From the NCBI RefSeq assembly GCF_009914755.1, contig NC_060936.1: 64,000 nt of DNA. The stretch is one strand, 5' to 3'. A model generated the notes under the pieces. It was not told the origin of the DNA, ran no database searches, and was given only the letters and a program-made list of their open reading frames with translations. The translations under genes were made by a program, and so were the position numbers. Of this stretch, positions 46,390 through 58,789 are shown one piece after another. Each line of letters opens with the position of its first letter. Position 1 is the stretch's first letter. The stretch is from the human T2T-CHM13v2.0 reference genome, Homo sapiens.

Positions 46390-46598
46390 ATCAGAAACGA
46401 TAACATTCCTAAATCTTTTCCCTTGCCTCCCAACTCCTTAAAATTTGCCCTAGACTCCAAATCAGAGAGACAGGTTTGAGCTGCATCTCCTGTCTCCTTG
46501 CTGTTGGCCTCGCAATAAAGCTTGTCTGTTTTCAAAAGCCAGTGCCATAGCGTTGGCTTCTATGTGCATCCAACACCAAGCCCACTTGCTCAGCAACA
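46390..46598 (+). mobile_element. ERV1-class LTR 3' part (subfamily uncertain)
   Basis: gagacaggtttgagct...gcaataaagc...gccagtgccatagcgttggcttc...gctcagcaaca. Confidence 0.55.
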
Positions 46599-46931
46599 CT
46601 AGGAAACCCAGAAAGGGAAGGAAACTGGCATGTTGAAAGACAAATGAGGATATATTGTTATCATCTGTAAGATTCCATCACTAAACAAGCCAAAGCTGGG
46701 CAATTTCCTATCACTAACGTAGTGAGCCATGTGTGATGTCAGAGCTGAGATGCTGGAGACAGGAAGGAGAGAAGAAAAATCTATAAAGGTGGTGCCCCTT
46801 GCAGAGAGCTGGGCTCAAACGCCAGGGAGGTTTCACTGAAGGTGGAAGATTTGAGGGATGAGGCATTTTTGGTGCAAAGATGACCCTGAAGAAGACCAGA
46901 GAAGGAACTTAGTACAGGAATCATTAGGAGT

Positions 46932-47811
46932 TGTAAACCAAAAATAAAATTCTAAGCTCCCTCAGCCAATTGAATGGATCCCTCCTCTCCGACCAGGGGA
47001 TTAAAAAGAAACCTGATTATGTAGGTCATGCCATGATGGGAAGGGGTGGTGGGACAGGCTTTATTATATTGGCCTTCCTTTGAAGTCCAGGCGCAAATGA
47101 CCAGCATTAACATTAAAACGAAGTTCCTAAGGCTGCCAGAACAGACTCTTTGTAGCAATAAGATGCCAGATTCCAACCTGACTCTAGTATAGCATCATAT
47201 GACAGACAGTAGGCATTGAAATAAACTGAAGTATTTTACCCCAAAATATTTATTTGACATATTTTAAAATGCTCCTGTAACTCTATCTCTTGTGGGGAAA
47301 ATCTACATTCTATAGAGAATCCTCTTTTCTTTCCAGGTCTTTTTCTGATCCTGAAGAGATTAAAACTGAGAGCCTAACAGCTTTTAAAGGACTGAATAGG
47401 AAATATTTGCCTCTAAGGGTGGCCATCTATAAGGCTCCATCTACATAATAAAAACCTGGTTTCCACAACCCTTATTTCACCCAGACGCTCCTTTCTACTG
47501 ATTCCAGGTCTTTAGGTAATAGCAACTCTTTCAACCAATTGCCAATCAGAAAATCTTTGAATCCACCTATGACCTGTAGCCTACCTGCTTCCAGTTGTCA
47601 CACCTTTCCGGACCACGTATACCTTCCATGTACACCTTCCATGTACTGATCAATGTCTTACGTCTCCGTAAAATGTATAAAACCAAGCTGTCATCCAACC
47701 TCCTTGGGTACATGTTCTCAGGACCTGGGGTTGTGTCATGGGTTAGGGTCCTCACATTTGGCTCAGGATAAATCTCTTCAAGTATTTTAGAGTTTGGCTA
47801 TTTCGTTGACA
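46932..47811 (+). mobile_element. MER4D-type solo LTR (ERV1)
   Basis: tgtaaaccaaaaataaaattctaag...tttggctatttcgttgaca, about 880 bp; distal half resembles the MER4A at 2886. Confidence 0.88.
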
Positions 47812-48258
47812 GGGCCTAGGAATGAAGAACGATCTGACTGTATCTTCAAGGAGACATTGACAAATGATTAGGTTCCAAATATCTTTAGTGTTTTTTCACT
47901 TTGTTCAACATTATACTTCCACAAAGGGAGCATTCTGTTGACTGCAGATGGATGATACACTGAGCTAGCAGGTCAGGACATCTTGATGAACCACATGCTA
48001 TAGGGGTGGATAATTTCCCAAAGTAAGTAGGGGTGTTATGTATAACGAGAAGTGAGACATGCATCCGAAAGACAAAAACAAAACAAAAAACCTGCTATTT
48101 TTTAACAGTTTCCTCACTGCTCATTTTTTCCTTCTTCCTATGTAACTATTGTAATACTGTTTTTCATTGAATTGAGAGCCCTTGATCTTATTGAAAAGTG
48201 TTTGTCCATGACCTTTGAGCTCTTTTATAATCTGTAAGTTGACAATAACTGATATTTG

Positions 48259-48662
<404 letters not shown>

Positions 48663-49946
48663 CTAGAATTTTGGGTTTCTCATCGCTCCTGCTGTATTAA
48701 TCGGACTAGCTCTTAGAAAGGTTCCTGTCTGAGACCGAGCCTTTTTATTTTTCTTTTAAAGCTGTGAGCAGATGGGGTGAGCATTTAATTACCAAACCAG
48801 TTTCCGGCCAAAGGGAGAATATTCATTCCCTGGGAGGTAAAGGCCTCTGTGACCCAAGACAATCTCAGCTCTCATGACCCACGCCAACATGACTGAGTCT
48901 CTGAATGCTCCTTTTTTTCCCCTCCGAATGTGGAATTTAATTAATTCATCATACCCCTTCCAAAAGGGTAACCAAAATAATACCTGTAACAGCAACCCTT
49001 CAAATATAACATCTCAAAAACGCAATTTTCTTACAATATGTCCTCAGTAATGGAAGATTTTTTGAAAAATATTACTGTCCCTAGATCTTAAGGTAAAGAG
49101 TTTATAACTCAATTGACTTATATTTGTCACTGATTCATACTATTTCACATTATGACTTAAGGACACAGGTTTATTTTTTAATGCTTTTATTATGGTAAAA
49201 TATACCACATTAATATAATTAATAATGGTAATGGTAATATAAAATTTACCATTTTAACTACATTTCAGTGTATAGTTGAGTGGCCTGAAGTATGTTCACT
49301 TTGACGTGTAAGGTCGACTTTTGAGAAATGGTCGCTCTGTTGTGTTCTCAAGTTCAAATCTATTTTATTTTCCTCCCAAAAAGGGGCATTGTGAATCCAG
49401 CCAATACTCATGCTAAGAACAGAGTGAATTCTTGTTATTGGCTTTCTAACAAAACTCAAGGTGAGGAGAATTGGCACCATGTGAAATCCTGCAGGGTGGG
49501 GAGGCTGGAGAGTTAAAGCCCCTTCCTGTGCCAGATCAAAGGCAAACGTCCAGGACAACTGAGACTTGGCCTTCGATGGTCAACCCGTGTCGGTGCCGCC
49601 TTCATGTGTGAAAGCTCATCACGGACTCTAAAGCATCAAGGCTTTCTCCTAGAGGGAGCCCAGCCTGACAGCCCCGTCTACGGCTTTTATTTGCAGTAAA
49701 GTCCCTGGGGACCTTTTTCAAACTGCATATTTGATATTTGCATGAAAAGCAAAGTGGCTGCTCCAGAAGACATGCTTTGCCCTGTGCCTCCAGGACCCTG
49801 AGATGCATTTGGTTGTCTTAGAGGAAATAGCACTTGGCCCCATCAACTCACCATGTGGTTTCATCTTTTCCTTCTAATCGGTCCTTCCCTTTTCCCTTTG
49901 TAGAAAAAAGAAAGTGCTTCCGTGGAAAACCATGCATTGTTTAGAG

Positions 49947-50166
49947 CAGTAGTCAGCACCCACTTTCCAGAAAGAACCAGGGAGTAAACACTCCAGGCTT
50001 TGGAGATGGCACAGTCTTGTACACAGCTCCCCAACTCTGCATCGTGTGTGAAGGCAGCCAGAGACAATGAATACACAAATGAGCATGGCTGTGTTCCAAT
50101 AAACCTTTATGTGCAAAACCTGGAGAGGCTGGATGTGGCCTGGTGCCCTTAGTTTGCCAACTTCTG
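49947..50166 (+). mobile_element. MER58A (hAT-Charlie)
   Basis: cagtagtcagca...gcatggctgtgttccaataaacctttat...tagtttgccaacttctg. Confidence 0.85.
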
Positions 50167-50769
50167 GCTTAGTAAGATCATCCTGATTATCTGATTCTGA
50201 TGCAACTTTGCCTTTGAGCTGTTTTATAATCTGTAAATTGTAGATAACTGATAATGATGCCAAATTATTATTTTCATTTTTTTGTAGATAAGAAAATAAA
50301 TTCTTTCCAGTGGAGATTCAATTAACTTCTTTCTCCCCCATCGACAAAGTCAGTTTCATATCTGTTTGTAAATTCATTTCAATATAATGTCATTTCATGT
50401 AAGTGTGGCTTTATTTGACTTTTCCTTTGAACTGCTCACTGGATTCTTCATTTAACAACTTCTCTGGTCCTTTATGAATGAGTGAAACAATACACTTATT
50501 TTACATCTCTATGGAGGTCAGAATTTTATCATTTTTGGGGAAAATATCCATTAATACATATTCTATACAGTGCCTGCTGAACAATGTCCATTCATACGTA
50601 TTAACAGCTGATGGGATTTTTACCTTCTCTCAACTTTCTGATGAGTGTCTAAAGCCTCCTTACTCTGGACCCCTCCTTTCTAAAACCAGACCTCCTGGGT
50701 CCCCAGCCCACCTACCAAAGAGTCAATGAATGAAGTGGGGTGAAGACTTGCTCTAAAAGCATGTTTCGA

Positions 50770-51000
50770 TCAGGGATAATCATCACTGAGAATAATTAGG
50801 CATTGATGTGTTCCAGAATCTAGACTGAGCTTTCACATGCATTTTTTCATTTAATCCTCACTGTGGCACAACAAGCTACATGTTGCAAAAGGGAAAATGG
50901 AGGCTCAGAGTTGTCAAGTAAACTGCCTGTGATCACATAGCCTGTGAATGGCAGAATTTGAACCCTGGTCCAAAGCTTTCAAATACAATGTTATCCATCT
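50770..51000 (-). mobile_element. MIR
   Basis: tcatttaatcctcac...ggaaaatggaggctcagagttgtcaagtaaactgcc. Confidence 0.75.
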
Positions 51001-51413
51001 TTCTTTCTCAGCTCAGCCTTTGTATTCATAAAATAGACATTCATTTTGTGGGTTTGGTGGTGGGGCTAAAAGGTAACATGGACCGCCACTGACACAAGGG
51101 TAAGCTGACTGCTGTGCCCGTGCTAGGACTCCCAACATGCAGTTCGTGGCACAAGCAGGTGAACACTCCCTATTCGTATAAGCAATCTGCACAAAGGTGT
51201 CTCACAGTTGGTAGGTGCCTGTTCATTCAAGTCCACAGTGGACAGATGGTGCTCCAAGGCTATGCCAGGTCATGTTCTACCACTGATCCTGTCCGCACAC
51301 ATTTAATCTTTTCATCGATACCATTTTATAGATAAGAAGACTGAGACAAATTGAGGAGGAATAATTTCCCCACATTCACAAAATGAAAAAGGACTGGAGC
51401 CTGGTTTGCACTA

Positions 51414-51775
<362 letters not shown>

Positions 51776-52457
51776 TAGGTCAACCCTAGAGCCCAACCCT
51801 AAAACCTCTTTTCCATGGCATAATAGACTGCCGTTTTCTGCCTTCTGTTTCTTCTCCTTTCCTTCTTCTGTCTCATAAACAAAGCTCCCAGAAAAGGACA
51901 ATGACAGGAGAAGAGGATAAGGAGTGAGAAAGGGTAGAATGAAAAAAGGCAGCAGCTTTTCTCCGTGCCCTTCTCCTCATCTTCTCATTTTGTGCTTTCC
52001 CCAGGCAATAAAACATGGCCATAGAGGAACTTAGAGTCTGTAGGGGTCCTACTGAGGGTGAGCAGCAGCCAACAGTTTCAGCAAGTCCCTGGGGAGATGT
52101 GGACCCTATTGGTTTCCATCTGCTCTTTCTTCAGCCAGCCCAGTGCAGGCAGAGAGCCCCGTGGCTCTCTGTTCGTGTTATGCCTTTGGTGGCCAGAGTG
52201 GATGCCTGATGATGTAAGAGAGAAAGTAGGAAGAGCGTATGGGGGGCTTGCAATTGTCTTTTCATATGCAATTCCTAAAATGGTAAATAGACCCTCAAGG
52301 AGAGCTATGACTTATGATCCCTGGTGTGTAGAACAAGCTGAAATGCTGGTAACAAAGCTAAGCCTGATAAATTCAGTTCCCAGTATTGTATTCACTATTG
52401 TGACCAATCAATAACCTCACCAGGTCATCTAAATGCATTGATAAATAATAATAATTG

Positions 52458-52818
<361 letters not shown>

Positions 52819-53549
52819 CTAGCACTCACTGAGTGCTTAATACCACAATATATCATATCATTTCTCATACATTAACTCACTTTTCCCCACAAAATTCCCA
52901 CATTCAAGGACTGTTCTTATGGTCCAAGTATAGTGGAATAAATAAAAGGTTTGGAGAGTTTAAATTACCTGCCCAAGTTCAAAGAGTAAGCAGGTGGAAG
53001 AGCTGGGATTGAAACCCAGACATAGGTTAATACTCAGGAAAAATGTCCACATCACACTTGCATATTGCTAAAATATGTTATGTTCTCAAACGGGATGCCA
53101 GTATATACATGGAGCATTCATGGATCACACTGAGATGTTAATACTTGTTTTTTCCCTTTGGCATTCTTGTTTAGTTTTGGTTGCGGAGGTTGATAGCTCA
53201 CATTAAAAATGGTTATTTAGTAGCTCTGTCAAAGCAGGGCAGTTTCCAATGTCTGATGCTCCTGGCCAGGTGCTGTGAAGGGCGTAGAAGCCCCCATGTC
53301 CAAATCATGAGCTCTCAGTTCACTCCAGCTCCCAGCGCTTGGCTCCGTTGATGACTTTCTCCTTCGTGGAGGAACCCTGTTTGCTCGGTTTTCAGGACGA
53401 TGCTCCCTTTTAATTTTCTTCTCTACTCTAATTACACAACAACTGAAGTAGACCTTCAGGTCTGTGATTTTATCCTCAGCTTTCAATGTTTTAATTTAGG
53501 AGTGCTACAGGGATCAGGTTCTGTACATAGTCTCTATTAACTCTAAAGT

Positions 53550-54173
53550 CATATTATATAATAATACATAATATAATAGGAATTATATATGCATATATTA
53601 TGTAATAGTATCCATATGTAATACAAGAAAATATAATTCATTTATATTATATATTGCATAATATAAATTATAAAAATATTATATATAATTATATATATCC
53701 ATATGTATTCATGGATATATATATAATTGGATATATATACTCATATATATCAATGAATGTATATAATTCATATTTTATATATGTATATAAATATATGTAT
53801 ATATTTAATTCATGAATATGATTATATATGTGTATATAAATATATACATATTTTATGATATATAAAATATGAATTTTGTAGTCCCAGCTACTCGGGAGGC
53901 TGAGGCAGGAGAATGGCATGAACCCAGGAGGCAGAGTTGCAGTGAGCCGAGATCATGCCACTGCACTCCAGCCTGGGTGACAGAGCGAGACTCCATCTCA
54001 AAAAAAACAAAAAAAAAAGAATTTAGAGTTCATGTTATATATACATATATACACTTACATGCATATATAATATAAATTTTAAATTCATATTTATATAAGA
54101 TAAATATATATCATATTATATATAATATGAATATGAGTACGTATACATATTCATATTATATACATATATATGA

Positions 54174-54205
<32 letters not shown>

Positions 54206-54215
54206 CCACATATAT
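53550..54215. repeat. AT-rich (TA)n-derived low-complexity block with embedded Alu right arm (53878-54020, +) and terminal (CA)n
   Basis: Visible in sequence. Confidence 0.9.
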
Positions 54216-54224
54216 ACATTAACA

Positions 54225-54780
54225 ATCAGCCACCAGATATGTCCAGCTTGGGTCTCTCTTCTTAACTCCAGACTCCACAAGATAAATCCCTACTGGGCAT
54301 CTCTACCGACTTAACTAAGATGTTTTTCAAATAAAACATGCCCCAAATGAGTACCCATCCTTCCATCTGCTCCTCGCAAGGTCCCTCCTCTCACTCATGC
54401 TCCCTCATTCATTCATCAAGTCAGTCTAAAACCCTCTGGTTCATCCTTGGCTCCTCTCCATATCGTATAACATGCATCTGGTTCATCAGAACATGCCATT
54501 GCTTTGCCTTCAAAATAGACTTAGAAATGCATTGCCCACATCTTCAGCTCATCGCCTTGTCCCAGTCACCCTCCTATCTCTTGCCAGGACTATTGTCCTT
54601 GCCTCCTAATTGCTCTCCCCGCCCCTGCCATCACTTTCCCCACCCTGAGGCCCCGCCAGGATGTCCGCACTATGAGAGCTGGGCCTTTGTCCACTTGACT
54701 CATGCCTGTGTCCTGGTGCCTACAAGACTGTTGTCAGTTGAGTAGGTATTCAATAAATGTATTCTTTATTGAATGAATGA
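54225..54780 (+). mobile_element. L2
   Basis: ctctcttcttaactccagactc...gagtaggtattcaataaatgtattc...gaatgaatga. Confidence 0.8.
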
Positions 54781-56677
54781 GTTCATATTTATTGACTATT
54801 TATTGAATGCATGAATGAACTCTTTACACAGCATATCACATGATAATTTTTCTCCTAAGGATGATGAAGAATATGGCTATCTTACTTTGACTTTTTCTTT
54901 ACATCATGCCATTAAGATTCAAGATAGTTTATGTATTTTAGGATCATGAGTCTCTAACATTGTATTAATCTTCCTGGTTCCCAAGTATCAAAATATAAAA
55001 TTAAATTAGTTTAAATGCTGATGTGGAATAAGTTCTGGGAAAGAGTTGTACCTATTCAAATGATACTGCCTAACGTTAACTCTGTCCAGAACCACCAATG
55101 GAGAGACTGAATCCAGAGCTAATTCTAGAGCCAGAGAAAAGAATCGGGATCAAACTGTCTCTTCCTAAGTTTCTCTGCTGCCTCCCAGGCCAGCACAGTA
55201 TGCTTTATAAAAATACACTTACTTTTGTGGTAACAGTCCAGCTGCTAATAAAATACCATGTAAAGACACAGGTGCCCCCGTTCATTTTTATCTCTGGGCA
55301 TTTATCAAATGAAGCCACAAGCAAATTACATAGCCTATCAATCAAAGACAAGATAACCTGTAATATACTGATGTCTTACATAATTTCTAGGCATATATTT
55401 TATTTATGAAACTTGTTACACTTCTATCCCCCTTCTTTTAAAAATTGTCTTGTTTTCCCCTCCTACTGATATGTGTATATCACTTTGAGGACAAAGATGT
55501 CATTGCCTATGGGTGAAACATAAAATGTTTAAGTAGAAGAGAATATGCTTTTCTAAGGTGGTGATTTTTCTTGGCCATACAAATGACTCTCAGCAAGGCC
55601 TTGTTAATGACAGGCCCATGGACATGGCATGGAGGTGAGTTTACTGTGCACAACCACAGGCCTTCCGAAGTTAGAAAGAAATGGCCCAGGCTCAAGGTTG
55701 CAAGGCTGACTTTTTCAAAAATTCAATACCAGTGAACTGTGATGGATTTCTGGATCCTGCATGACTCAGCTAAGTGTTTGCATTACATCATGCCTGAGCT
55801 GTTAAGAGCTGTGCCATTATTTTCAGGCCTAAGATTATGAAACAGGCTATGAATTTATGTTTTTGTTGCTATGGTAATTTATTTTTCTGCTGTTTTAATA
55901 ACCTCATCAAATGCAAGCAATCAAAAGTAATGTGGCAGCTCTACATAATTCAGCTCCAAACCATTCATAATGACTTGTGGTACATTTGAAACATTGCATA
56001 AGGAAATTAAAAGCAAATAGAAATAAGTCATCTCAAGCCTGAAACCTATAAATATTTGAGCTGGGAGCATAAACCCTCCAAGAATGATCTTTGATGATAG
56101 GAACAGATATTTCTAATAAATGTTGCAAGACGATTAGAATAGTTTAAAAGAAATAACTTTAAGGTATATTTTTCTTACTTCAAAAGAAAAATAAAAATTC
56201 CTGCTTTCCAATTATTCAGACATATAACATAAAATGATTTTTCACAGGTCTTAGTAATATATTTATAATCCTTGATTATTTGAACATGGATATTAGCTCT
56301 GGCATAAATATTGGTATTTAAAAGTTATGATTATTACAGATTGAACTTGTGTCCAAATTTTTATAATGGGTAAAACTGGAAAGTGTAATATGCCTTAACG
56401 TATAATCAAACCCCGTGTATTCTAACACACACACAGTCATACTAGTCTCACTACAAATGCATACTATTAAGAAACAACATCAGGGTTTGCTTGGTTGCTC
56501 TCTTCTGATTTGTCATTATTATGGGGTTTAAAGGCTGTGCTTGCCTCATTCATGAGTAATCCCCACTGTTGTCAGGGAATAGCTGTCAGAGACAGCTGTA
56601 ACCACAGAAGCCTGCCCCTTCTGGAAGATAATTTGTGGTAGTTATGTGGGTCTGGAATGAATTTCAGAGTCAGGAAA

Positions 56678-57196
56678 CATATTAGTCAGCGTTCTCTAGG
56701 GGGACAGAACTAATAGGATAGATATATATAAAAAGGGAAGTTTATTGAGGAGTATTGACTCACACGATCACAAGGTGAAGTCCCACAATAGGCTGTCTCC
56801 AAGCTGAGGAGCCAGGAAGCCAGTCCGAGTCCCCAAAACCTCAACAGTAGGGAAGCTGACTGTGCAGCCTTCAGTCTGTGGTCAAAGGTCCAAGAATCCC
56901 AAAGCTGAAGAACTTGGAGTCCCACGTTCAAGGACAGGAAGCATCCAGCATGGGAGAAAGATGGAGGCCAGAGGACTCAGCAAGTCTAGTCTATCCACAT
57001 TCTTCTGTCTGCTTTATTCTAGCCACACTGGCAGCTGATTAGACGGTGCCCACCCACATTGAGGGTGGGTCTGCCTTTCCCGGTCCACTGACTCAGATGT
57101 TAATCTCCTTTGGCAACACCCCTCACAGACACACCCAGGAACAATACTTTACATCCTTCAATCCAATCAAGTTGACACTCAGCATTAACCATCACA
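56678..57196 (-). mobile_element. MLT2A2-like solo LTR (HERV-L)
   Basis: atattagtcagcgttctctagggggacagaac...caagttgacactcagcattaaccatcaca; 5-bp TSD ggaaa (56673-56677/57197-57201). Confidence 0.93.
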
Positions 57197-57694
57197 GGAA
57201 AGAATCCACTCCTTTCTGGAAATCATTCTGGAAATGTGGCATTTCTCTAATCTAGACGTTGGGCCATGGAAACTGCAGTAGGGGCTAAGATCTGGATGTG
57301 TTTTCAGTAGTATGGGGAATATGTCCACCTTCTGCCTCCTCTCCTGTACCATGAATGAGTCTTCCTGTAGCTTGATGAGGCGGCTGGGGGGTCTCTTCAT
57401 AGTGGACCATCAGGGGAACATGAGTAGACAGCCCAGTGACCGTGGCCCCAGAATGATGGACTACAGAGTGGGCAGACCACAGCAGGGGAAAGTGATGGGA
57501 ATGGGAATGGGGTTTTGAGAAATGGACTCATTCTTTTACCTTCTAACTACTGAGCACCTTCTGGGGACCAGGCAGTGGGCCAGGCTTGCAAACTCTAGTG
57601 GGCACGGTTAGGTGCCTGCCCCGCATCGGAATCCCTTTTCTTCCTAATACAGCTCTGATTTTATTCAGGTGTACTCCTTAGAGGCTTTAGGAAA

Positions 57695-58009
57695 AACTGA
57701 CTTTATCCTCAGGTCAAGGAATAGTGCTTTAACTGTATATGACTTCTCATTCCCAAGGCAAATGCTATTGGGGCAAGTATGAACCCATGACCTAGGTTGA
57801 CACCAGTTCACCTAGGTGCTTCTCAAGAACACACCAGTTATTAAGAAACACCATCAGTGTTTGCTTGGTTGCCTTCTTAGCCCTTGTTTTCATCCTGCTT
57901 GGGTCACCCTAGGTCATGGGTTCATTCTTGCACCAAGAGCATTTGCCTTGGCAATGACAATTCATATACAATTAAAGCCCTATTCCTTGAGCTGAGGATG
58001 GAGTCAGTT
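57695..58009. repeat. 107-bp inverted repeat (57695-57801 / 57903-58009), 101-bp spacer
   Basis: Hand alignment: 95/107 identical, no gaps. Confidence 0.95.
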
Positions 58010-58063
58010 GCCTTCATCCTGCTTGGGTCAACCTACAGTGTATAACTGCAGTGAGGTTGTAGG

Positions 58064-58067
<4 letters not shown>

Positions 58068-58160
<93 letters not shown>
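58068..58160. repeat. Compound microsatellite (TC)n(TG)n(AG)n
   Basis: Visible in sequence. Confidence 0.97.
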
Positions 58161-58789
58161 ATAAGAAAAGCCATAGCTCTGTTTGTTTTAGAAATCATCT
58201 TTCAAGGAAGGAGTAGGGGAACTAGAATTTGATTGGAAACTTTGCTACAGGCAGGAGAGCAGATGGAAAAAACCTGGATCCGTAATGACATTGATTAGCT
58301 CCTCAATCAACCAACTTTGTAGTCTTCCCTAGATCTTAACAGCTCTTCATGTGTGGAAAAAAAGAGAATTCTCCCATTATTTAAATGACCCTGAGTCAGA
58401 GTTTCCAACTGCCTGCTGCTGAAAGCATGGTAATTGCTCCAGCTAGGATCTTTCAGTTGACAGAACTAGCCCACATCATCATCCTGAAGTGAAGCAGCAG
58501 GGAAGTCATCTTAGGAATGACGTGATTCTGGCAGCTTCGTTTGCCCCAGTCAAGAGGGAAAGAAGCAGAGTCTTCAAGCAGCTGCTGAACGGGCCCCTCC
58601 CTCCGCCCCTCCCATCCCTTCACTTGCCACTTTCCACGTTTTCCTGAAATGTGATGCCTCAGACCGTGCTCTGTACATAGGGGATCCGGGATTCCCTGCA
58701 CCATAAAGCAGCTGCTCCTTGAATCAACTTCAGGTTACATTTGGATGTTAAAGCCCATCTTTCAAAACATCTTTCAAAACATAATGGAA

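Larger units (their letters stand above)
57595..58441 (+). mobile_element. MLT1K-like LTR, internally rearranged
   Basis: 5' part ggtgcctgcc...cccttttcttcctaatacagctctgattttattcagg; 3' part gatggaaaaaacctggatccgtaatgacattg...gctgaaagcatggtaattg. Confidence 0.7.

Noticed and set aside
57695-58009. Reading the hairpin as a MITE or a known pre-miRNA
   Set aside because: Arms are internal MLT1K-like sequence, with no TSD or known TIR, and I recognise no miRNA.
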